From the NCBI GenBank assembly GCA_051362555.1, contig CM120644.1, positions 2,550,954 to 2,614,953 of the forward strand: 64,000 nt of DNA. Direction: 5' to 3'. Below, piece after piece: positions 43,223 through 54,715 of the stretch. The stretch is from Lingula anatina (Eukaryota; Animalia; Brachiopoda). Positions within the stretch are counted from its first letter, which is position 1, and each line of letters starts with the position of its first letter. The position numbers and the translations under genes are program-made. Below the pieces are notes generated by a model. The model was not told the origin of the DNA, did not search any database, and saw only the letters and a list, made by a program, of their open reading frames with translations.

Positions 43223-46200
43223 TTTTAAACTAGAGGATCAGAGAGGCGATACCGCCTCCGAATATTGTACCACCAGCTGGAGCAAGCGCATTCGTATAGA
43301 CCCCCACATACACAAAATAAGGGACACAGCCACCAGTTTTGTGCTTGACAAGCTGTAAAAATGCAATCAACAAGAATTTTTAAACTTTTGCAAAAAATAT
43401 ATATGGTACAATCAAATTTAAGTTCTTCGTAAGATAGGTCAAGGGTCAATTTCAAGGTCACAGTAAATTGCCAGTATATGACTTCCTATTCAAGTTCAAG
43501 AGTAACTATGGACCTATCTCTGCCAGTTTTGGAGATAAAAGAAAAGCAAAATTTGCAAAGTTCAGTTCATGGTGAAAAGTAGGTCAAAGGTTAATTTTAA
43601 GGTCACATTTAGATTGCCAGTATATGACTTCCTATTCAAGTTCAATAGTAGCTATGGACCTATCTATGCCAGTTTTGGAGATAAAAGAAAAGCAAAATTT
43701 GCAAAATTCAGTTCATGGTGTAAAGTAGGTCAAAGGTCAATTTTAAGGTCACATTTAGATTGCCAGTATATGACTTCCTATTCAAGTTCAATAGTAACTA
43801 TGGACCTATCTCTGCCAGTTTTGGAGATAAAAGGGAAGAAAAATTTGCAAAGTTCAGTTCATGGTGAAAAGTAGGTCAAAGGTCAATTTTAAGGTCACAT
43901 ATAGATTGCCAGTATATGACTTCCTATTCAAGTTCAATAGTAACTATGGACCTATCTCTGCCAGTTTTGGAGATAAAAGGAAAGCAAAATTTGCAAAGTT
44001 CAATTCATGGTGAAAAGTAGGTCAAAGGTCAATTTTAAGGTCACATATAGATTGCCAGTATATGACTTCCTATTCAAGTTCAATAGTAACTACGGACCTA
44101 TCTCTGCCAGTTTTGGAGATAAAAGGAAAGCAAAATTTGCAAAGTTCAATTCATGGTGAAAAGTAGGTCAAAGGTCAATTTCAAGATCACATTTAGATTG
44201 CCAGTATATGACTTTCTATTCAAGTTCAATAGTAACTACGGACCTATCTCAGCCAGTTTTGGAGATAAAAGAAAAGCAAAATTTGCAAAATTCAGTTCAT
44301 GGTGTAAAGTAGGTCAAAGGTCAATTTTAAGGTCACATTTAGATTGCCAGTATATGACTTTCTATTCAAGTTCAATAGTAACTACGGACCTATCTCAGCC
44401 AGTATGGAGATAAAAGAAAAGCAAAATTTGCAAAATTCAGTTCATGGTGTAAAGTAGGTCAAAGGTCAATTTTAAGGTCACATTTAGATTGCCAGTATAT
44501 GACTTCCTATTCAAGTTCAATAGTAACTATGGACCTATCTCTGCCAGTTTTGGAGATAAAAGGGAAGAAAAATTTGCAAAGTTCAGTTCATGGTGAAAAG
44601 TAGGTCAAAGGTCAATTTTAAGGTCACATATAGATTGCCAGTATATGACTTCCTATTCAAGTTCAATAGTAACTACGGACCTATCTCTGCCAGTTTTGGA
44701 GATAAAAGGAAAGCAAAATTTGCAAAGTTCAATTCATGGTGAAAAGTAGGTCAAAGGTCAATTTTAAGATCACATTTTGATTGCCAGTATATGACTTCCT
44801 ATTCAAGTTCAATAGTAACTACGGACCTATCTCTGCCAGTTTTGGAGATAAAAGGAAAGCAAAATTTGCAAAGTTCAATTCATGGTGAAAAGTAGGTCAA
44901 AGGTCAATTTCAAGGTCACATTTAGATTGCCAGTATATGACTTTCTATTCAAGTTCAATACTAACTATGGACCTATCTCAGCCAGTTTTGGAGATAAAAG
45001 GGAAAGCAAAATTTGAAAAGTTCAGTTCATGGTGAAAAGTAGGTCAAAGGTCAATTTTAAGATCACATTTTGATTGCCAGTATATGACTTCCTATTCAAG
45101 TTCAATAGTAACTATGGACCTATCTCTGCCAGTTTTGGAGATAAAAGGGAAGCAAAATTTGCAAAGTTCAGTTCATGGTGAAAAGTAGGTCAAAGGTCAA
45201 TTTCAAGGTCACAGTAAGATTGCCAGTATATGACTTCCTATTCAACTTCAATAGTAACTATGGACCTATCTCTGCCAGTTTTGGAGATATAAGGGACTAA
45301 ATGTTATAATTTTGGAGTTACCATAATGTGCCTTAAATTTCGTACAGAAAAAATTAATTAAAATAAAGAAAATGTCATTTTGGTCAAAATTCTTGAAATA
45401 GGAGATGCTCTGAAGTTTCAGAAGTTCAAATTTGATGAAATAATGTCATTTTTGAACACAAGTTGTCTGCTTTGCCAAGCCTTATGTTTTATTTTTCCAG
45501 AGTTCAAAATTTATTATCCATTACCGTACTGCACATTTTGCTTTCACCACCAATATGTACTTTTTGATACAGCGTAACTCGAAAACCGTATGGAATACAA
45601 AAAAAACGAGACCACTCCCAGTGTTGGGCTTTCCATGCTCTACAAAATGCAAAAAAGAATGGGTCTCTAGCATTAACGGTTCCCGAATTAGAGACAGTTT
45701 TCAGTTTCGGTATCTTATGGCCGCTACTCCCGTGAAAATGCACCGATTGACCCCAAATTCATGGAGATGAAAAAAGACCTGAAGGGTAACACTTTCCAAT
45801 AATATTATTGGTTAAGTCTATGTAGTGTCTGAATAACAGGGCAAAAAAAATTTTTTTCGTAAAAAATTTCATTTTTTTGAAAATTTTGGCCCATTTGACC
45901 TTGAAGTAAAGGTCAAAGGTCAAATCCAAGGGTATATTTGAAATCTACACATATGACTTTTGGAAAGCCGTCTATAGAAATTTTTCCCATAACTCCTTCC
46001 GTAGGGTAGATAATTAGCATTTAATTTTGCCATTTTTAGACAAGGGTGCATTGTAATGAGTGCCACACCCAGACCCCAATACCGACAAAGCCCAAATTTT
46101 ACGTGGAACGAGTTGAGATTATAGGTGACCTAAATCCATAAGATGGGTACGGGGGCCCTTACCGTCTAGGAGGAGAAGCGGTAACGGTAGCCGTCCGGCG

Positions 46201-48667
46201 GAGCCGGCGGAACGATCCGGACAGGACCGAAACCATGTGTACCGCCAGCGCTAACGCTGGTGGTACAATAATTAATGGATCAGTACCAAAATATTACCAC
46301 TTTCATATTTGCCAATTTTTGACCTATCCTGAAAGTGTCAAAATCCATCAATACTTTGTGGCTAGGCTAGTGACGAATAAACAAAGTAACTAACTAACTA
46401 ACTAACTAACTAACGGAGGTGAAAACATATTCACATTGGCGGAGATAATTAAAGGGATAACGACTCTTCATTAAGGAGGAAAAATGATTGCCATAAAACG
46501 GACTCTCCTTGGTTAAATGACGATTTTTCCGGTACTTTTTTTCCGATGGTTAATGACTTCGTTCCGAGATCCAAATTTAGTGAATTGCTTTTTATGTGTG
46601 TTTTCATGTTAATCTTTTAAGAGATTATCACAGAGAGTAACCATCCATGAAGGTCCACGTGATCCGATGGCAAGCAGAGATTTCAGAATAATTGTGACAA
46701 ATGCCTCTTTGATGGTAAAACTGAATTGATTAGATTTCTGAGTGTTGTTTACAATGCACCTATTGTGGGATGAAGAGTTGTTATCTCTTTATAGAGAGTC
46801 GAGTTTCCAGTGTCTTCCTTAACTTAGGGTACATAATACTATTATTCTCATATGATTCAAAGGGATGAGTAACGTTCCACAAAATATAGCATAAAACATC
46901 TAGATATACATTGTAGCAGCATGACTTTTTTAAGATTGCGCATACTATACCAGCAATATGAAGGCTTACCCCCTACCAGGGCGACAGATTGATTTTTCAC
47001 AGATATTCACAGATATGTCTTTAGATAAATAGACAGTCATTTTGGTCTGATACCAGCCAAAAATGTCCACAATAATAACTGCGGCCCTGGTAGAGGGTAA
47101 TGAAGGCTCACCTTTTTCACATGCAGAAGAGTTTTACAAATTGCGAACTTTTATAAACTTTCTTCCAGCCAGTGCGGGAGATAGATGCGTCATTAACATG
47201 GCCAGTACTGGCGCCCACTTGGCCAACAAAAATGCCTGGGTGTACCACGCGTCTAAAGGAGCGGGTCTTCAGATGACCCGCTGTATGGCGCTAGACTTGT
47301 CCAAGGACGGGATTCGGGTGAACTCCGTGTCTCCTGCAGCCATCTGGACACAGACGGTCAGTGGAGAGACATATGGAGCATTCACATCGAGAAGAGCCGA
47401 GGCCTAGCAAGGCCGCGACCTAAATATGTCAGACCTACATTAAAGGAAGACCGCTTATCCTGTTTATCCTCCCCACGCGTCGTCCCTGCAGGGGTACAGT
47501 AATTAAATCTCAGCTCAATTCAACCGGTCGGGGGACAACGCGTGGGGAGGCGTGTGAGAGGCGGAGAGATCATTACAGGATTAGCGGTCTTCCTTTCATG
47601 TAGGTCCGCCATATTTTGGTCACGGCCTTACTAGACCTCGGCTCTTCTCCAAGTGAATGCTCCCATAGAGATCATTCCCAGTCCCTATCGTACTAAATTT
47701 GGATCAAACTATCTCTAAGGGGATTCTCACTTAATTGCAATTAACTAAAACGGCTTAGATGTCTGCCACGTCTATTGAAGCTGATAGGAAGAATTAGCTA
47801 TATCACTTTGCAGCTTTAGTAGGTGTCCCAACCATCTAAGCCACCTAAGCTGAAAGCAATTTAGCGAGAAACCCCGTGCAGATGGACCGATCCTGTTAGA
47901 TCGACCTAGGGATGGGAACTAAGTCTTACTCTGAATTCCAACAGATTTTAGATCCATCTGTCCCCATGGTGAGTCTCACTAGATTACTGTCAGCATAGCC
48001 AGCTTAAATGTCTGTCCCGCCTACTAAAAGCTGTAAGGGGGTAATTAACTTTCGTGCACGCTCGGCTGACAGCAATTTAGCGTGAACCCCCAAGGAGTTA
48101 GGTCGCTCCAGATGGATCGATCTAAATCTGTGGGAATGCAGTCTTACACAAACACACACATACACACATACGCGAGCACGCACGCACGCACATACAAACA
48201 TACATGGACACACACATGGACAAAGATCTCGATAATGAATTAAAAATAAACTGATAATTGCATTGGTAAACACGCATGCATGCGTCCTGTAAAAATATGT
48301 AGCGTACGTGTAGAACGCTCTTTTAACAGTTCCTCAAAACTGATATACTGGATATATTAAAACTCGGCCGATATGCCCTGCCATTGTATAATCTCCCCCT
48401 TTCTGTTTGAACATTCAGATCGGTAAGATGGTCAACAATGACAAGGATTTCCACCGCACAACCTGGGGAAAGTTCCACATGTTAAAGCGGTGCGGCGAGA
48501 GCGCGGAGGTGGCCGCCGTGGTGGCGTTTCTCTGCAGTAGAGACGCAGGGTTCATCACGGGGGCGGACATTAAGGTGGACGGCGGGTATACCACCATTGG
48601 ACCCGAGCGCCACGGGGAGGAGGTCGGGGTGAAGCTTGCAGTTCTCTCCAAAGAACCAAAAACCTAA
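42088..48667 (+). CDS. Classical short-chain dehydrogenase/reductase (FabG/BacC-like), 289 aa
   Basis: Exons: 42088-42421, 42859-42957, 47169-47356, 48419-48667 (870 nt, phases 1/1/0). Motifs: VVTGGASGIA (Rossmann fold), LVNCA, NMAS, YHASK (catalytic YxxxK), IRVNSVSP, ITGADIKVDGG. Confidence 0.92.
43228..46271 (-). mobile_element. Non-autonomous Helentron-associated element (HINE/DINE-1-like) carrying an internal satellite
   Basis: It has a 15-bp subterminal inverted repeat, TATTGTACCACCAGC (43263-43277) / GCTGGTGGTACAATA (46256-46270). There is a hairpin GAGGCG-ATAC-CGCCTC (43243-43258) next to an ...CTAGTTT end. At the other end are a stem-loop GTACCGCCAGCG-CTAA-CGCTGGTGGTAC and a degenerate GC-rich microsatellite-like tract (~46190-46230). 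This matches HINE architecture. Confidence 0.8.
43435..45292. repeat. 146-bp tandem satellite, about 13 copies
   Basis: The anchor CCAGTATATGAC recurs at 43471, 43617, 43763, 43909, ... 44930, 45077, 45223 (period 146 +/-1). Units are highly similar and contain AGGTCAAAGGTCAATTTYAAGRTCA. Confidence 0.98.
46453..46788. mobile_element. Kolobok-like MITE
   Basis: TIR AGGGATAACGACTCTTCAT / ATGAAGAGTTGTTATCTCT, with TTAA on the left and TTAT on the right. It contains an internal CACGTG. Confidence 0.65.
46967..47099. mobile_element. Small MITE, copy 2
   Basis: TACCCCCTACCAGGGCGACAGATTGATTTTTCA...GCCCTGGTAGAGGGTA, a reverse-complement match to 22692-22815. Confidence 0.8.
47376..47662. mobile_element. 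MITE related to 58293-58839 (shorter subfamily), in SDR intron 3
   Basis: TIR GAGCATTCAC...GTGAATGCTC. It shares CCTCCCCAC..GTCGTCCCTGC..GGGTACAGTAATTAA and TTTCATGTA.GTCCGCCAT with the 58.3-kb element. Confidence 0.85.
47672..47922. mobile_element. ~250-bp MITE related to the 210-bp family
   Basis: Ends ATTCCCAGTCCCTA / TAGGGATGGGAAC. An inverted homologous copy is at ~36050-36270. It contains GCTGAAAGCAATTTAGCGAGAAACCCC. Confidence 0.7.
47931..48144. mobile_element. ~210-bp MITE, copy 2 (SDR intron 3)
   Basis: It shares CTGTCCCGCCTACTAAAAGCTGTAAGGGGGTAATTAAC...GCTGACAGCAATTTAGCGTGAACCCCCA with 34555-34769. Confidence 0.85.
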
Positions 48668-49512
48668 AAGACATCCCAGTTTAAAACGATGTGATTTTTT
48701 TTCCTCATTGTGCTCGTTTGTAAAAGACGGGTGTCGTGGTTGTTATTGTGTTTGGTTCCCAGAATCAGTAATTGTTATGCAGACTACCATGGAGAAGGAA
48801 GTTTACATGTCATTAAGAGAGATAAATACCCACCAAATTGTCCTTTATTTTTCATCTTTTAAGAACTGTCACAAAAAAAAAAAAAAAAAAAAAAAAACAA
48901 AATTCAAGTGGTAACAGCATTTTAATAGTTTTAACACGTATAGCTCTGTAACTTCCAAATCTCAGGTGAGGTAAACATTATCCACATAGTATCAAACCTA
49001 TTGTAACCAGAGTACAGAGACAAATAATTTAACATCGAACTTCAACCTTATAAAATACTCATACAGTTATATCATGCCATTAGGTAATCATGATATTTCT
49101 TTTTTTTTAATCTTCGACTTAAAAAAAACTTGTAACTAATTTTACGAACTTTGAAGATTCCCCTCCCCAGACATGCAGTCGTCAATTTTTGGCGCCATGT
49201 CCAGCAAGATACTCGCGCTCATAATCGAAAAATGTAGTTTCTTTTTCGTAGTAAAAATTTATACTGATCTAAATATATTTATCAGTTGTTAATGCAATGT
49301 GCGTTAGGCACCATGGGTTGTTACCAGACACTGGAAACGCGCCTCTCCATTATCAGCATGTTTCTGCCATTTCCAACAAGAGAGGCCAATTTTCAGGAAC
49401 AAAAAGTGGTTTAGTATTACACATACTGCACATACAAACGGTGGTACACCAGCTTTTGTTAAGGAGTCCCCCATCAAGAACAGTGCTTTCACTGATCATC
49501 ATATTCTTCTTA

Positions 49513-49686
49513 AGCCGTATTCAGAATAGTGAACTAACTAGGCCACTGTTCAAAAATGGCGACCCACTAAATTGTTTGCCGTCTAACCCGCTAATAGACA
49601 CTAAATAGATATCCCATGGGAAGTGTTCAAGTGGGTCGGCCATATTTGACCCTCGGACTAGTTAGTCCACTGTTCTGAAAGTGACC
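49513..49686. mobile_element. Tourist-like MITE (copy 2)
   Basis: It shares GGAAGTGTTCAAGTGGGTCGGCCATATTTGACCCTCGGACTAGTTAGTCCAC with copy 1 and is flanked by TTA/TTA. Confidence 0.85.
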
Positions 49687-51395
49687 TTACTGAACCAAAA
49701 CTACCCAATGTGAGCCAGACAGTGCTTCAACCAGGTCCCTTGTTCTCTAACATGACCAAGCAAATACTAGAATTTTTCGCTAAGCTGAATTCCATCTCTA
49801 AGTAACAAAAGTGAAGTTGATAAGAATGATGAGACATTAATTCTCTGCAATAAAGAGACGAGTAATCTGTAAGGAATAATTTTTCACTCATTATGATGAA
49901 GATACGATCTAATAATGGAGTGATAATTTTACAGAGGAAAAAGGAATATGTGTGTATAGCAAGCTAAATATTTCCATTACTGATACATTCATTTGTGAAT
50001 AATTTGTTATAACACAAAGCTGGTCATACAGAAATTTTAATGGTGCAATTATTGAAAAAAAAATCTTCACAACCAATTTTGGTTATCTTATTTACACACT
50101 TCTATGAATTATGAATTCAAATTGCTGTAATCATTAACACATTATACAATTATAACATGACAGATATTTCACAAATTCCATATAACCTAACAATTCTCTG
50201 AGGCTTAAAAATGTATCTTGACACAAAATCACACACACTTAATACTACTTACGAATGGATAATTAAACTACTTCCATTTACTTCTCGTAAAAGTAACAAA
50301 CAACATCACCAAGAAGCTCAAACAAACACCAAGTAATACAATGAACAGTAACATCTTATACAAAAAGGATTTCTAAAATGGCCACTAATCATTCCTCACT
50401 TCCACAACAAACACATTTTTCACAACAAATTTATAATAATTCCTCAATTCATAATAGCTGTAGAGAAAAATACCCTTTGCATAAATAACTGGCAGAATGC
50501 TAAATAACAAACGTATAACGACTTTGTCACACTGGATCTTGTTTCACAGAAAGTTAATAGCTAGCTTTACTAAGTTGTCAATCATTCAAAATGATGCAAA
50601 ACAGAGACGTGTACTGCGCATGTGTCAAGGGCCTAAATATCAAGCACTTGTTAACAGGGGACACATCTAATGGGAGTATATATATTTGGGTACATATATT
50701 TTATTCTTCAGGTTTTACTATCACACAGTAGTTGATAGGGAATACATCTAGCTAAGATGGGATACATCACGAGTTCCTAGTCTACATTTTGCACATTCCC
50801 GATACCATCCTAGGCTTGTTCTTGGCATGTTATAGGTGTTTTCATCACAGCTTGGATACATAGTGTTACGTCATTGTGCTCTACATATACATACAATCTC
50901 CCTGTATTTCCTTCTCTGTGTCATACAACTTCTTAAACTGACATATTCAACCCCCTTTAAAATGTGCATTCTCAGAGGTATTGTCTGATAATTTAAAATT
51001 TTCAAAACAACTTTTTTTTTCATTCTTCAACTCTGACATAATACCTTCCACATTTAAGTTGCACTGCTTAAAAACCTGTTCTCGCAGTACTGGTATATTC
51101 TTCAATGGTTTTGGAAGGAAGCCATCTCACTGTATGGTTTGAGAATATCTTGTATACTGGCTCCATCTATCTATTTGGGTCAATATCATCAGGGTTCTTT
51201 TTGTGGAATGAGTGGCTTCAGACCATCAAACATGTAATGAGGGAAGGCTTATCCAAAAGCCAGTCTCCATCTTTCTTTCAGTTATATTTTTGTATTTGGC
51301 AGAGATAATTTTCTCTTGTACATGTACCTTTTAAATCTATCACCATATTTCAGCAGACAAAGACCACACGGGGCAGCATGTGGCTCCACCTATTG

Positions 51396-53600
51396 TCACT
51401 GCTGTTTGTTACTTGAAGTGAGGCCACTGAACCAAGATGACACAGCAGTTTTGGCTGAAGAGAAAGCTCCACCTGAAGAGAAAATCATATGAAATGTTTA
51501 ATTAATTATTAACAATGTGACAGCATTCCATAGCCCACTTGGATTTAGAATGAAGGCCATTAAAAAACAAATGTGGAAGAACAGTGAGAAAACAATAAAT
51601 AGATAAATGAAAGACAATTTGACACCTTTTTGGTGAAAAAAAATTGTTTTTGCACCAAAAAGTTTCAAAAAAATTTTCTGGTTTCTTTTGATGCACAATA
51701 AGTATCACACAAATATATAAATAAATTTTATTTCTTTACAACCCTGATACTTCTGGCTGGTTGGAACTAGTATCTAAGTACAATGCTGGTCAAATCATAT
51801 TTCATTTCAAATAAAGAAACTTTCCTTTTAATGTTGATGCTCAAGCCTACTTACCCACGGCCTTCCCTGTGTTGCTGACAGCAGCATTCACCTTCTTGCC
51901 CCGCTCACTACTTTGAAGGCTTCTGTTTAACAGAAAACATGAACTTGTCATTATTAAAATACAATACAATGCCAATTATTAAAATATATAACACTTCTAT
52001 ATAACACTATGTGATATCTTGCTGTATTGCCATTTAAGTATACCAGAAAACATGGTCTTCAACAATACAATACAATACAATACAATACAATACAATACAA
52101 TACAATACAAAACAATACAATACAATACAATACAATACAATGAATGTACAAATCAAATACAATTACAATACAAAACAATATAATACAACAATGCAAGAAA
52201 TGTAATTTTTTCCATTCAATAAGATAACTTGCTTTACCTATTGCCCATAACAGAAAAGATCATGTCATCAACAACAAGTATAATACTAATACACATGAAA
52301 TACTGTATACAAAACAACACACTACTGTAGATTATGAAGCAAAACAATATAAATCATCAGACAAAGTGATATGAAGCATTTCACCTATCTTCCATGCTTC
52401 ATGTTTTCAATATTCATGTACAAATTAAAAAAAAAAATACTGAGCAAAGGTTTTGACACCAACACAGCACTCATACTTACGTGGCAACTTTAAGCCTCAT
52501 GTCAGCTATGTTAAAACTTCCCTGGAATGGGTGTCTGCAAAAAAACAAGAACTGGTTGTCAATTTATATCTGTAAAGAAAGCTGACAAATCAGATTTGAC
52601 TTTTACAAGATTCCCCTTAATTGATCACTTATGTGGTAATAAAAACGTGTTTGATTAACACAGAGAACTAAGAGATAAAAATATACCGAGTCTATTTCAC
52701 AAAATAATGTCTTTACTTATAAACCGAAGTTTCAGTCTACACAGACCCGTGATGAAACAGTAAAAGTCCAAGTATTAATATTTTAAAATATATTGCATCC
52801 ATTATATGACTAAAAAAGTTTGAGACAATTAGTGCCTCTATTTTATTAGGCTACTGTATACTTATCCCTAGAAGTAAAAGTCAATTGAAATTTTGGGTTT
52901 CAAAATTCAAAACACTTACCAAGAGTCTTTGTTTCTTCTGTGTACCCCATCTCTTGTGTGACACCTAATTACCCTCCCACACCCCCCACTCCACGTCCTC
53001 AAACCTGTGACTGTGGCTTACCCTGCATCTAGAGCATCTCCCCCCCCCCCCCCACCTCACCCCACCCACGTCCCCCAAACCTGTGCCTTACCCTGCATCT
53101 AGAGCATCAATCTCTGGATGCTGTCCTGTTGTCCACACTTTGTAGTTGTGGGTTGTCTTGAAGGCATTCACAAAGTGGAGGTTGAAATCTTCCAGCTGTT
53201 TTTGTTCTGCAATATGATATGTTATAACACTATGATAAATAATGGAATGGGATATGAAACAGGTTATAATTTGTAAACTCTGTTTCTCTCCTTCTCTCTC
53301 ACACAAACAATCACACACACAAAAACACATGCACACTGACAGACACTCTCTTTCAGTTTCTCCTCCACACTTTATTTTATATCGCTCTTATGCACACTGA
53401 GACATAAACATTTCTCTCTTTCTCACACACTCAGGCTCCACACAACTTCACACACATATACACTCTCTCTTTCTTTATCTTACACACACAAACACACACA
53501 CCTTTCTCATTCTCTATTTTTCACTTTCACAAACATACACACACACATTCGCTTTCTTTCACTCTCTCAAACACATGTTCACATACACACACACACATGC

Positions 53601-53672
<72 letters not shown>

Positions 53673-53693
53673 ACTCTCTCTCTCTCTCTGTAC

Positions 53694-53755
<62 letters not shown>

Positions 53756-54668
53756 CTATAGTCTATAACCTACCTCCTTTCTGTACTGTGGCCAGCAGTG
53801 ACATGAGGTACACCTTGAACTGTACCCTGACCCACTCATCACCACCTTCCCAGCCTGGAGACACACAATACAGTATTACTATTACTTCATGTCACAGAGT
53901 TATCACTGTCCATATTACATATGTATATCATTGTGTGAATCATTTATTCAGTGATTTACAGTAGGTACATCTAATAAAATAGGAGATTATGACACAGCTG
54001 AGAAGAGCTTTGTCATGACCCAAGCCCAGTATCTAATTTTAATTCTTCTTTAAGCCCCATTCATAAATATTTCAATTTCCAGTTCTGAATTTAAGTTTTA
54101 TCTCTAAAAGGAAATCAACTTCTGATACTCATATTTTTACATATTTATTTTATTTTCCAAATTCTTATGTTTACTTATCTGTATACACATGATCACCAGA
54201 TGTGGATAAAAGATAGTCCAACATCTGACACAGTAGTGAGTTTTAGACATTTGGTAACCTCAAGATAAAAGATTTGAAGTTTCTAAGAAAATTTAAAACA
54301 AATTTTAAACAAAACTCCCTGCTCTCAGTATCACCAATACTTGCCTCAGCTCCCGTCTCTACTCCCTTCCCTCACCCCTCTACCAGCATGCATCCACACC
54401 CCACTCCCACCCACCCCCTCCCCCTCTTACCTAGCTCTAATTCCTTAAATCCTGACTTACTGGTTCCATCTAGATAAGCATCCGTGCTGTCTCCTTCCAC
54501 AGTTTTCAGGAGATAATCAGCAAACCTCAGGTCTGCAGTGGACAGGGCCAGCTGTCTCTTCAGTTCACTGTCATGGATTGTGATCTTGCTTTCCTCGGTC
54601 TGGGGAGGATTACAAAAAAATCATTCTCTCTCATTCTCTCTTTTTTTTTTTACTGTAGTAGCTATGGG

Positions 54669-54715
<47 letters not shown>

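Larger units (their letters stand above)
43157..46449 (-). mobile_element. Older short HINE split by the satellite-bearing HINE (nested insertion)
   Basis: The left piece is ...GAGAGGGCAGACCTCCGC(A)n (43157-43190). The right piece (46272-46449) has (TAAC)n then GGTGAAAACATATTCACATTGGCGGAGATAAT. They resemble the two ends of the intact element at 37838-38127. Confidence 0.65.

Noticed and set aside
43435-45292. CRISPR-like array or coding repeat (ORFs 43569..43874 and 44153..44413)
   Set aside because: The units are 146-bp head-to-tail copies with no unique spacers and no cas genes. The period is not a multiple of 3, so the ORFs are incidental.
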